A stretch of 64,000 nt of DNA from Selaginella moellendorffii (lineage: Eukaryota; Plantae; Lycopodiophyta): the NCBI RefSeq assembly GCF_000143415.4, contig NW_003314263.1, forward strand, positions 1,546,596-1,610,595, given 5' to 3'. The notes under the pieces are model-generated. The model saw only the letters and a list, made by a program, of their open reading frames with translations. It had not been told where the DNA came from and ran no database searches. The stretch's first letter is position 1; every line of letters begins with the position of its first letter. The position numbers were made by a program, and so were the translations under genes. Shown here one piece after another: positions 13,870 through 26,236 of this stretch.

Positions 13870-16800
13870 TTAATTGAATTTTGCATAAGTACATAGAGTT
13901 CTGCCTTGCAGAAATTCCTCCACTAGATCTCGCGCATTCGCTAGGTTTTCCTCCGGTTCCCATGTTGCTTCGCAGTGTGGAAATCCTTTCCACTTCACAT
14001 GGAACTCTCTCACCTCGCGTCCTTGTCGCTTGCTCTTGTGCGCATTGAGGATGGCTTCGACTTCGTATTCCTCTTCCCCTTGGATAACCTCAGGTAAAGG
14101 TCTCACTTGGTCCTTGCGAAGCGGATCCTCAAAGTACGGCTTGAGTAAGTTCACGTGGAACACTGGGTGCATCTTCCCCATCTCTCGAGGAAGTCGGAGT
14201 CGGTAAGCCACTTTACCGATTCGTGCCTCAATCTCGTAAGGCCCCGCGAACTTGCTTAAGGAACTCAAGATCAATTCATTTACAGGAATACATGCATCTT
14301 TACCTTTGGGTCAACTTTCGGCTGATCCCACTTGGTAGTCTGAAGTTCTTGGTGTTCAGCCACACCTTCTCCCCAGCTTGGAACTCTACATCCCGACGCT
14401 TCTGGTTCGCGTATTTGGTTTGCCTTTGTTGAGCCCGTTCCAAGGAATCCCTCACTAGATTCCAAATGCTGAGTCTTTCTGCCATGAATGCCTCCACTGC
14501 GGGCAACTCTCCATGATACTTGGCCACGCCGAGTTCCACAGGACCTTCAATAGCTCGCCCATTGATGACTTCCCATGGACTCACCCCGATACTCGAATGT
14601 GGTGAGTTGTTATAACACATTTCCGCAAGTCCCAAATGACTTACCCAATCGGTCTGGTCTCCCGAGACATAGCATCGCAAATAATCCTCCAGCTGCCTAT
14701 TCACCCTTTCCGTTTGGCCGTCTGTCAAGAAGTGTTAGGGCCAACAACTTGACTCAATACCCCATACCTGTCTGTGGGTGATAGGCTGTGCTGAATTTCA
14801 ACTTGGTGCGATACTGTTCCAGGAGAGTCCTCCAGAACCTACTGGTGAAGATCTTATCTCGATCTGAGATGATCTCTTCCGGTCTTCCCCGCACTCGAAC
14901 CACTTGTTCGAAGAACAGCTTTGCCACACCTTCCGCATCCACCTCTGTTGTGGTGGGTATGAAGTGTGCCATTTTCGAAAATCGGTCCACCACCACGAAT
15001 ATCGCATCAAACCCCTCGCTTGGGGGGAGTCCCGTGATGAAGTCCATCGTAAGACATTTCCACGGACGAGGATGCTTTGCAACAAGCCCCCACTAGCCTT
15101 GGTCACGGTTTTTACCTGCTGACATGTTGGACATGTCTTTACATAGTCTTGGACGTCCTTAGCCATATCTGGCCAATGGTACTTCCTTTTGAGTAAGCCC
15201 ATCGTCTTGGGCACTCCACCGTGTCCCGCAAGAGGTCCGTCATGACACTCTTCTAAGGCCACCTTCCTTAGTTCCCCTTCTGGAACATACACCCTCGTTT
15301 GCTTGTAATAAATGAGTCCGTTGCGTTCTGCATAGCCCGTTTTCTCTTCCGTTGGCAGCTCACCTCTCTGGTGAGCTTCCCGCGCCTCTAGATTCCTCAG
15401 CAACACTTCCTGTGCTAGACCATCGTTCTCATATGCTGTCCGCACATCGTCCCAGAAGGTTGCTGTTGCACTGGATATTGCCAACTTCAAGCTCGCTTTT
15501 CGACTTAGCACATCCGCCACGATGTTGCTCTTCCCAGGCTTGTACAGAATTTCGCAATCAAACTCGGCCAAGGCATTGGCCCATCGACCTTGTTTCCCTC
15601 TTAGGTCGGGCTGTGACAAGAAGTGTTTCGTTGCCACATTATCCGTGTAAACCTTGAAGTGTCTCCCAAGGTAGTGTCGCCACTCCTTGAGTGCCTTGAC
15701 CACCGCAAACAATTCCTTCTCGTGGGCAGGCCACTTCCGTTGAGCCTTGTCCAGCTTCTTCGAGAAGAACGCTACCGGATGGTTGTCTTGCTTCAGAACT
15801 GCGCCCAACGCAAAGTCCGAAGCATCCGTTTCTACCTCAAAGTCCTTACCAAAGTCTGGCAATGCCAATACGGGAGCCTTCCTCAACTTCCCTTTGAGGT
15901 GGACGAATGCCGCCTCGCATTCTGCTGTCCACACCATCTTCCCTTTTCCTGTTTGGTCCGTTAAGGGCAGGGCTACTCTCAAATAGTGTCTGATAAACTT
16001 TCGATAGTAGTTGCATAGCCCCAGGAATGCCCTCAACTCATGTACATTCGATGGTCGCTCCCAATCCTGGATCGCTTGGACCTTCTCCGGGTCCATCTTG
16101 AGCCCGTCCTGGCCCACCACATGCCCGAGAAACTTTACCTCTTGTTGAGCAAAGTCACATTTGCTCTCTTTAGCATACAGTTTGTGTTCCCTTAGTTTCT
16201 CAAACACCTTCGCCAAGTGTTCGGCATGCTCCTCTAGTGTCTCGCTATAGATCAGGATGTCGTCAATATAGACGACCACGAAGTGATCCAGATAGGGTAC
16301 AAAGATGTGGTTCATCAACGCCGAAAACGTTGCCGGCGCATTGCATAGCCCAAAGGGCATCACCAGAAACTCAAAGCTCCCATACCTCGTTCGACAGGTT
16401 GTCTTCTCGACATCTGCCTCAGCTACCCTGATCTGGTAGTATCCTGACCTTAGGTCAATCCTCGAGAAGTATTTTGCCTTTCCCAAAATATCAAACAGGT
16501 CCTCGATCCTTGGCAAAGGGTACTTGTTCTTTTTGGTATACTTGTTGAGCAACCGGTAGTCTATGCACATGCGCATAGATCCATCTTTCTTTTTCACAAA
16601 TAGCACCGGCGCCCCATACGGCGACTTGCTCAACCTAACATACCCTTTGTCCACCAACTCCTCTAGTTGGCTCTTGAGCTCCTTGAGTTCTTTTTCGTTC
16701 AATCGATAAGGTGGACGAACCACCGCCTCAGCACCCTCGACTAGCTCAATCTTATGTTCTATCGGTCGTGCGGGGGGCAACCCTGCCGGTAGCTCCTCCG

Positions 16801-18631
16801 GCATCATATCCTGGACTTGGTCCAGCACCTGCTGGATCACTAAAGGTACTTCTTCCGTTCTTGTCTTTTTGTCACTCTTCACCGAGAGTAAGCACAAAAA
16901 GGCTGCCTTAGTTCCTTTAGTGAGTTGTCCTCTCGTGGACACCAGGTTTAAGCATGACTCTTTGGCCTTGCTTTGCCCTACCTTTAGATCCTGGGCCTCC
17001 ACCCTAGATCTTCTTCCTTGGGCATTCGCCAATACCACAAGGTTCCTACCTTGTCCATGCAGGGCTACCATGAACCGATTAAACCAATCCATTCCGAAGA
17101 TCACGTCAAATCCCGCCATGTCCAAGACGGTGAAATCCATGTCCACTTTCCATGTCCCCACTTCGACTCTCTCTTGTCGAAGTACCTCATCGGTGCTTTG
17201 GCTACCTTGAACAAACTCTATAGTCCTTGGTTCGCCTAGCCGCTGCACCGTTAGTCCGGCTTGCCGGACTATGTCTGCAGCCACAAAATTATCTGAAGCA
17301 CCCGTGTCAATAAGGATCTTAACAAAGCTACCTCCGAGCTTCCCTCGGAGGGCTAGTAGATGTCGCGAACGACTCTCTACCAAAGTTGCTCGTGTAATGA
17401 GTAACTTTGAGTTAGGAACTGGATCACATACCTCATTTTGGACTTCACCCGACTTGATGGCCATATTGGCTCTGGCCTTCTTCGGGTAGGGACATTCCCT
17501 CGAAAAGTGTCCCGCTTCACCGCAGTTGTAGCATACGTTGTTTCCCACGCTGCTATATGACTTGACCTTCTTATCCGTGGGTTTGTCTCTTTTCGCTTGA
17601 CTCCCCCACGTACTTGCTCGCTGGCCAACGGATTTGCCTTTCCGGAATCCCGAGGACTCATTCTTAGAGAAACTCTTCTTGAATTTCCCCCTGCTATATG
17701 TTCCCCTCGGTTTGGCCCCTTTGTGAAACATGGATCCCGACCCCGTCGTGTTCCCCTTTTGCAGGTTATCGTTGAAGTGCACCTTGATGGCCGCATCCAA
17801 CGCTTCCTTATAGTTGGTCGGGTTCCAGCGCATCACCTCACCGCGAGCCCAGGTTTGCAAACCTGATATAAAGGCATGGAACGCATCCATATCCCCCATG
17901 TCCGTGACAAGTATCCTCTTTGCCATGAACCCATTCACATATTCCTGGATGGTTCCAGTCTGCTTCAGCCTACTCAGCTCATCTCTCAGATGCAGAGTGG
18001 CATTCGGAGGAACATATGTCGCGCGGATCCTCGCCTTCATAATGTCCCAGGTGGCCACCGGTCCTTCGTTGGCCTCCGTTGTTCTCCACCAAGACTTGGC
18101 ATTATCTGCCAAGTATGGTTTTGCACATGGGACCTTCTCCGAGCTCGGTAACAGTAACGCTCGGAAGTAGTCCTCCATATCGTAAAACCAATCCTCCACA
18201 ACCTTATAGTCGTTCACTCCCTTGAACGCCGGTGGGGGCTTTGGTTTGTACTTGGGAACTGCCTGAGGGACTGATTCTACTTCAGTCTGTTCGACCTTGT
18301 CTGGTTTTGCCTCAGTCCCTGCCGAAGGGTCCGCACCTTCTGCGCTGCCTTCATCCGCAGTCTTTCGCTTTTTCTTCCGCTTCTCGTCACGCTTTAACTT
18401 GCGTACGAGAGTCTCCAGCAGGGCATTGGTCTGTGCCAATTGTCCTTCTAGCACGTCCAATCGAGCCTTGGACGACCGAACCTCGCCACCGGACTCCTGT
18501 TTGGAAGTTTCCTCACTAGAGTCCTCCTCATGCAAGGATTCCTCATCCATAGCCTCTTGTTCAACTGGAGGCTCCAGCTCCGGCGGAGGTTCCGTCTCCG
18601 CCTGGGTTCGCTTACGCCCTGCCCTTGCCAT
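13870..18631 (-). CDS. gag-pol: Gag-PR-RT-RNaseH-integrase-chromodomain polyprotein (integrase interrupted by putative introns)
   Basis: [14 protein letters not shown] zinc knuckle, LIDTGA protease, YIDD RT, ETDAS RNase H, HHCC finger, [17 protein letters not shown] core, GPY motif, and chromodomain YEVEAIL...VKWKGF...TWEPEENL. Confidence 0.93.
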
Positions 18632-18739
18632 CTCCCAGCAATCCGCCTCTATCCTTCGCTAGAACTGAGATAAAGGCTCTGATACCAAATGTAAACGCCT
18701 GAGTTTGGACTTCCCGGGAGGTCACCCAGTGATACCAAA

Positions 18740-19119
18740 TGTAAACGCCTGAGTTTGGACTTCCCGGGAGGTCACCCAGCCCAGTACTATTTAAACCCAA
18801 GGACGCTTAACTCCAACTATCCCAAGACCCTTAACCGATTGGAAAAGGGGGTGCACTCTTGTTCATGGGCCCTTTCCCTCTATATTTGAACCCCATGGAC
18901 CGTCTCTCGAGTCGTTCCCTTTGGTTGCTTACAATCCACCACGCTTCCCTGCAAGTTCACACCCTCGTGAACGGAAGCTGAGAGCCGCTCTCTTGACACC
19001 CTACCCCTCGGGTCGAGCCCAGCGGGAGCAAACTGGACCAGCTAGATGTCAATCAACTTGTGGTGTGATTCCCTTAGCCAACCAACAGAGTCGGACCCGA
19101 GACCGCTCCGATACCAAAT
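18740..19119 (-). mobile_element. Cassandra unit (internal region plus one LTR) embedded at the PBS of element A
   Basis: LTR 18740-18933 with 5S-like core at 18757-18812. The internal region 18934-19119 closely matches 47238-47424. There is no TSD, and both junctions lie in TGGTATC. Confidence 0.9.
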
Positions 19120-22100
19120 TGTAAGCCACAAATTTTTCTTTTCCAATTTGCCAGCTTACCTCGTCTATCCGTCCAACACTGCCTTGGCTTTTGCTAAGTC
19201 CCCTCGCCAAGGTTCTCGCCTATGGTACCAGCTCCTACTTGGTTTCAGCTACTCACTGCACGAGCAACGGGGTGTTAGCCATCCTTCCACGGATTCCCAA
19301 ATCACTCCCAATCCCCTTCCCCGGGTTAGACTGGACTTAAGGTTCGGCTACACTCCCCGCAAGCACAAGCAGCCAAGCACACCAAGCTTCCAAGTTCCTA
19401 ACATCCCTTGGTACCACAAGACTTGATCATGGGACCCTCTAAATCCCAAGTCTTGAGTGCAACACTTGCTTCGGGATGCCGGGGCGAAACACCGTGGCCT
19501 AGCGGCCCGGTATGGGTACCTCTCGCCCCCCACTTCCATCCCGAAGGAAGGCCCAAGCCCCTAGGAAGGGCGAGGACCAATGAGCCGCATGGTACTCAAG
19601 TGGGGCACCACTCCACATGAGCCGGGAGCACCGCCATCGGTTTCCCTTTCGGGAGTGGGAGCTGCTCTTGAGCACTTCCTTGGATGGCCCCTCCGGCACC
19701 AGCCAAGTCCATGCTCACTCCCACCCAAGGCCCCTCGGTCCCAGTCTCAACCTCAAGTCGGTTTGGAAGCCCAACTGGAGAGTCCCTTCAAAACTGGTTC
19801 CTGGACCTCACTATCCCTACTATACTTTTGGAACCCCCTGCAGCCCCCCCCCCTTAGGAGACGCACGCTTTGGGCTTTCACCCCTTGACCCGTATTAGTA
19901 TTTGGACTTAGTCTCTGGCTCGATCTCGGACCCGATTTCGGATCCGACTTCGGATTCGGGTTCGGACTCGATCACGGACTCGATCTCGGACCCGATCTCG
20001 GACCCGACTTCGGACTCGACCTCGGACTCGGTCTCGGACCCGATTTTGGATCCGGACTCCGTCTCGAACTCGGTCTCGAACTCGGACTCGAACTCGGTCT
20101 CGAACTCGGACTCGAACTCGGTCTCGAACTCGGACTCGAACTCGGTCCCCGAGTCGGTCTCGGACTCGATTCCGGACTCTATCTCGAACTCGGTCCTAGA
20201 GTCGGTCTTGGACTCGATCCTCGACTTGGTCCCATCCGATAAACTCTTTGTCATTTCGGTCAAGCTTTTGGGGATCCTTTAGCCTACGACATCTCGGGGA
20301 GTCGGTTCTTTACAGAAGGCTTGGGTAGCTACCTTCTACCCGTTTAACCAATTATTTTGCACCTCTTGCTTAGTTGTCAAGTCCTACAACTCATTGCTGG
20401 TGCTTCCACACCTCCATCATTATCTAGATCACCACACTCCAACTGCATGCTCTGCAGCTTAGGCTATGCCATTCCCATTTCCATTGGGATTCCTTTGGCA
20501 AGGGGTTCTCCTGAACCCAGCAACATAGCCTCAAGGTATCACACCTTGACACATTTGGTGTCTCCACACCATCGGCTCCACGAGCCTACCTCTATGACAC
20601 TTTTTCTTTGTGTCTAAGTCTTTGCCAAGACCAATACCACACTTTCTCATACCAACCATCCGTTAGCACTGCACCATAGAGGTCACACACAAATTTGTTT
20701 CAAAGTTGTTTTCTTTTTGGGAACACCCTTCCCACGACTTTAGCATGGCACATTTTACCATCAATGAGATACCCTCTGTTCTCATCCTTGGATCCTATGA
20801 TCCCCGCCTTCCTTTGTGGGGTACCACACACTTCAGTCCAAATGCTTCCATCAGTCCTTTAGGACCATTCCTTGAATCTACTTGAGTCATCCAGCAGTTT
20901 TGGACTTGGTTAATCCACAGACCCGTAAGGTCCTACTTGTCAGGCACTAGCTCACTGGAATACACTTCTTGCATTCATGTCCTCACTCACAAGAACTATT
21001 TTCATAAGTGTTACTCTGACATTTGATTTTGTTCTCTGGGGCAACCTTTGCCCCTTAGGACTACTTGTCCATGTGATGAGAATACCAACTCATCTCTAAG
21101 TACACCCCCCAACTCCTTGGGTTGTTCCAGCATTTATTAAAGGTAGCCTTGGCTACCATTTCAAGGACTTGAGCCCTCTTCCGTATTTGACTTCCCACAG
21201 TCATTACTTTTGGTCTCACATTCATGAGCACCAACCTCAACTATATGAGGATAATCTTGTGACTCCTTTATTGCTTTGGAGTCTTTATCTTTCCCGTGAT
21301 CCCAACTATAGTTGTTTATCACAACTACATTAGCCCGTTTGTTGCTTCAAACACTCATTTGGATCACATCCTCAGCTCTCTAAGGAAACCTTATACTGTT
21401 CCCAAGATCCCAAAGTCATTCCATTATTGGCCCCTTTTCTATCCACCACATTGTGCCGAAGTTCACGCATGAACTTGAGTGGAGAGCCATGTCCTTTCGA
21501 CATGCTACTCCTCAAGGATAAGCCCACTCTTAGGACTTTCCGATGCCAACATCAATGGTGATATACTTGAGCACCTGTCCAATAAAAGTTAGACTAAGGA
21601 ACAGCTCCGATACCATGTTGTAAGCGACTAAATTTTCCATTCTACTTTAGTCACTTAACCACACCTCCGACCAATTGGAGGAGTCTCACTCACAACTTCC
21701 ATAAGTCCTATTTCAAACTTGGGCTTGCTAGCCCCGAGAATGGCATCCCCGCCACCCAGCCTTTGCACTTGGTCCAAGTGCTCCACGTGACCGATCCCAT
21801 GACCGACACTCCAAGGTACCACCAACATATCAGCCCGTTACGCTAAGGCCATGCCCATTCACCTTGGTCACACCGATGGTCTGACACCACCTCCATCACA
21901 GTCCCGTCCCTCAAAAACTGGGCCATCCGTCCATGAGTGATCATCCCAGATCCACTCCTTAGCATCCTTAGGATGCCGACAGACATGGGGAATAGCCTTC
22001 CCCCAATGTCCCTTTTCTGGTCCCCACCAAGTCCCTTTACTGTCCATGGCCGTGTTCACCAACACTACCACTGGATCGAGGCCCACAGGCTCGACCACTA

Positions 22101-24346
22101 AGTCCCACGGTCCTCTGGGACTTCCTCACCACACGACTGTGTCCTTGGTCACTACCCCAGAGGACTGCTTCTCTTCCTTTCCACAGTCTGGGCCTTTGGG
22201 ACAACATTTCGGAACACCGTGGCTTTATGCGAGCCACCTGGGTACTCTCCCCACCTTTCGCCTTTAGGTGCTCTAGCCATGGGCTTAGAGCGAGGTTCTG
22301 TTGAGCCACGCCTGGTATCCAAGTAGGTAGTGCCACCCACACTTGGACTGGGAGCATCAGCCAGTCGATCTCCCGGGGGAACTAGAGCCGGCTCTTGAAT
22401 ACTTCACCAAACTACCCTGCTTGTCGGTCCGTATTCACTCTAGTCTTGGACTTCCCAGTGGTCAGTTCATCACCCAACACTGGTTCTAGCCTTCCTGGGC
22501 CAAACTAGCCTTCCTGGGCCAAATTGGCCTTTCCTGGCCAAACTGGCTCCACTGCAGTCCTCCCCCTACTATACTTTTGGACCTCACCAAACCCCCCAGG
22601 GTCTGGGAGACGAACGCTTTGGGCTTTCACCCTCTCAGACTCGAACTCGGACTCGGACTTGGACTCAGACTCGGGCTCGGGCTCGGTCTCAGCCTTGGCC
22701 TCGGTCTTGGTCTCGGTCCCGGTCTCGGTCCCGGTCTCGGTCTCGGTCTCGACCTCGGACTCCATCTCGGGCCCTTCTCGGACTCCATCTTGGACTCCAT
22801 CTCGGACTCCGTCTCGGACTCCATCTCGGACTCCGTCTCGGACTCCATCTCGGACTCCGTCTCGGTCCATCTCGGACTCCATCTCGGACTCCGTCTCGGT
22901 CCACCTCGGACTCCATCTCGGACTCCATCTCGGGTCCATCTCGGACTCCGTCTCGGTCCACCTCGGACTCCATCTCGGACTCCATCTCGGGTCCATCTTG
23001 GACTCCATCTTGGGTCCATCTCGGACTCTGTCTCGGTCCACCTCGGACTCCACTTCGGGTCCATCTCGGACTCCATATCGGACTCCATATCGGACTCCAT
23101 CTCGGACTCCAATTCGGACTCCACATCGGACTCCACTTCGGACTCCACATCGGACTCCACTTCGGGTCCATCTCGGACTCCAACTAGGGTCTGTCTCGGA
23201 CTCCATCTCGGACACTTCCACGTGTCATGTGTTGGTCCCTTTTGGGTCCCTTTTTGGAGCCTTGCTTATTGCTCGCTTCGTGCTCGCTCCTTGAGCACTT
23301 TGTTGGGAGTTCCACTCCCGCTCTCGACCTTCCAAGTCAGAGCTTTTAGTCCAAATGTGTTACACTTGTTTGGGCTTTCGCTTCAGCCACTACCACGTGG
23401 CACCCTTTCCGGCTCCACTTTGGGGCCTAGGGATTTTGTGTCTCACATGAGACTCCTCCAAGTGGTCAGAGGTGTGCTTAAGTGAGTAAAGTAGAATAGA
23501 AAATTTAGTCTCTTACACCTTGGTTACCATTTTAAGGACCTATGTCCTCATCCATATTTGACCTCTTATGGTTACTAACTTTAGTCGTAAATTCTTAAGC
23601 ACATCCTCGACTACATGAGGATAAACTTATGACTCCTTTATCGTTTAAAAGTTTCCATCCTTCCCATGATCTCAACTGTAATTGTTTACTATAACCACAT
23701 TATTGTAAGGAACCGACTCCCTGAGATGTCGTAGGCTAAAGGATCCCCGAAAGCATGACCGAAATGACAAAGAGTTTATTGGATGGGATCGAGTCGAAGA
23801 TCGAGTCTAAGACCGACTTTGAGACCGAGTTTGAGATAGAGTCCGGGATCAAGTCCGAGACCGAATCCGAGACCGAGTTCGAGACCGAGTTCGAGACAGA
23901 GTCCGAGATCCAAATCGGGTCCAAGACCGAGTCCGAGGTCGAGTTCGAAGTCGAGTCCGAGATCGGGTCTGAGATCGAGTCCGAAATCGAGTCCGAGACC
24001 GAGTCCAAAGTCGGGTCCGAGATCGAGCTGAGATCGATTTTGAGACTAAGTCCACATACTAATACAACTCAAGGGGTGAAAGCCCAAAGCGTGTGTCTCC
24101 CAGGGGGGGGGGGGCTCCAAGGGGTTCCAAAAGTATAGTAGGGATAGTGAGGTCTAGGAACCAGTCTTGAAGGAACTCTCCAGTGGGGCTTCCAAACCGA
24201 CTTGAGGTTGAGACTAGGGCCGAGGGGCCTTGGGTGGGAGTGAGCATGGGCTTGAGTGGTGCCGGAGGGGCCACCCAGGGAAGTGCTCAAGAGCAGCTCC
24301 CACTCCCAAAAGGGAAACCGACTGTAGTGCTCCCGGCTCATGTGGA

Positions 24347-26236
24347 TGTGAGACACAAAATCCCTAGGCCCCAAAGTGGAGCCGGAAAGGGTGCCACGTG
24401 GTAGTGGCCGAAGCGAAAGCCCAAACGAGTGTAACACGTTTGGACTAAAAGCTCTAACTTGGAAGGTCGAGAGCGGGAGTGGAACTCCCAACAAAGTGCT
24501 CAAGGAGCGAGCACAAAGCGAGCAATAAGCAAGGCTCCAAAAAGGGACCCAAAAAGGACGAACGCATGACACGTGAAAGTGTTTGAGATGGAGTCCGAGG
24601 TGGACCAGGACGGAGTCCAAGGTGGATTCCGAGATGGAGTCCGAAGGGGAGTCCGAGATGGAATCCGAGATGGAGTCTGAAGGGGAGTCCGAGATGGAAT
24701 CCGAGATGGACCAAGACGGAGTCCGAGATGGAGTCCGAGATGGAGTCCGAGGTGGAGTCCGAGGTGGAGTCTGAGATGGAGTCCGAGGTGGAGTCCGAGG
24801 TGGAGTCCGAGATGGAGTCTGAGATGGACCGAGACGGAGTCTGAGATGGACTGAGATGGAGTCCGAGATGGAGTCCAAAGTGGAGTCCGAGATGGAGTCC
24901 GAGATGGAGTCCGAGGTGGAGTCCAAGATGGACCGAGACGGAGTCCGAGATGGAGTCCGAGATGGACCGAGACGGAGTCCGAGATGGAGTCCGAGATGGA
25001 CACGGGATGGAGTCCGAGATGGAGTCCGAGAAGGACCCGAGATGGAGTCCGAGGTCGAGACCGAGACCGGGACCAAGACCGAGACCGAGACCGAGACCGG
25101 GACAGAGACCGGGACCGAGACCGAGACTGAGGCCAAGGCTGAGACCGAGCCCGAGCCTGAGTCCGAGTCCGAGTCCGAGTCCGAGTCCGAGTCCGAGTCC
25201 GAGTCCGAGTCCGAGTCCGAGTCCGAGTTCAAGTCTGAGAGGGTGAAAGCCCAAAGCGTTCGTCTCCCAGACCCTAGGGGGTTTGGTGAGCTCCAAAAGT
25301 ATAGTAAGGGGGAAGACTGCAGTGGAGCCAGTTTGGCCAGGAAAGGCCAGTTTGGCCCAGGAAGGCCAGACCCAGTGTTGGGTGATGAACTGACCACTGG
25401 GAAGTCCAAAACTAGAGTGAATACGGACCAACAAGCGGGGTAGCTTAGTGAAGTTTTCAAGAGCCGGCTCTAGTTCCCCCGGGAGATCGACTGGCCGATG
25501 CTCCCAATCCAAGTGTGGGTGGCACTACCTACTTGGATACCAGGCGTGGCTCAACGAAACCTCGCTCTAAGCCCATGGCTAGAGCACCTAAAGGCGAAAG
25601 GTGGGGAGAGTACCCAGGTGGCTCGCATAAGGCCACGGTGTTCTGAAATGTTGTCCCAAAGGCCCAAACTGTGGAAAGGAAGAGGAGCAGTCCTCTGGGG
25701 TAGTGACCAAAGACACAGTCATGTGGTGAGGAAGTCCCAAAGGACCGTGGGACTTAGTGGTCGGGCCCGTGGGCCTCGATTCAGTGGTAGTGTTGGTGAA
25801 CACGGCCATGGACAGTAAAGGGACTTGGTGGGGACCAGAAAAGGGACATTGGGGGAAGGCTATTCCCCATGTCTGTCGGCATCCTAAGGATGCTAAGGAG
25901 TGGATCTGGGATGATCACTCATGGACGGATGGCCCAGTCTTGGAGAGACGGGATTGCAATGCAGGTGGTGTGAGACCACCGATGTGACCAAGGTGAATGA
26001 GCGTGGCCTAGCGTAACAGGCTCATATATCGGTGGTACCTTTGGGTGTCGGTCTTGGGACCGGACACGTGGAGCACCTGGACCAGGTGCAAGTGTTGAGT
26101 GGCATGGATGCCATTCTTGGGGCTAGCAAGTCCCAAGTCCTGAATTGGACTGATGGAGGTTGTGAATGAGACTCCTCCAAGTGGTTGGAGGTGTGGTTAA
26201 GTGACTAAAGTAGAATGGAAAATTTAGTCGCTTACA
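24347..26236 (+). mobile_element. Family-X solo LTR inside the 5' LTR of B
   Basis: TGTGAGAC...CTTACA. TSD GTGGA at 24342-24346 and 26237-26241. Confidence 0.93.

Larger units (their letters stand above)
12320..20314 (-). mobile_element. Ty3/gypsy chromovirus copy A (young, near intact)
   Basis: LTRs 12320-13466 and 19120-20314 are nearly identical apart from a 48-bp array expansion. TSD GAAGG at 12315-12319 and 20315-20319. PPT 13467-13480. tRNA-iMet PBS present. Confidence 0.96.
7817..23447 (-). mobile_element. Full-length non-coding family-X LTR element (LARD-like)
   Basis: LTRs 7817-9513 and 21619-23447. PPT 9514-9527. PBS revcomp gctccgatacca at 21604-21615. TSD TGAGA at 7812-7816 and 23448-23452. 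The ~4.1-kb internal region has no intact retroelement ORF and is interrupted by element A. Confidence 0.9.
4103..23517 (+). mobile_element. Family-X solo LTR, split by three later insertions
   Basis: TGTGAGAC at 4103 to TCTTACA at 23517. TSD CCTTG at 4098-4102 and 23518-23522. The pieces join colinearly with the LTR at 24347-26236. Confidence 0.9.

Noticed and set aside
15060-15120. Programmed -1 frameshift in integrase
   Set aside because: No in-frame X XXY YYZ slippery heptamer is conserved in both copies.
18757-18812. 5S rRNA gene
   Set aside because: Only the ~55-nt internal control region is present, inside TG...CA LTRs. This is the Cassandra signature.
4331-25512. Long ORFs with SD, RS, GL or ESEM repeats (SR-protein or adhesin-like)
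   Set aside because: They are translations of stop-free hexamer/12-mer arrays inside LTRs, open in most frames on both strands.
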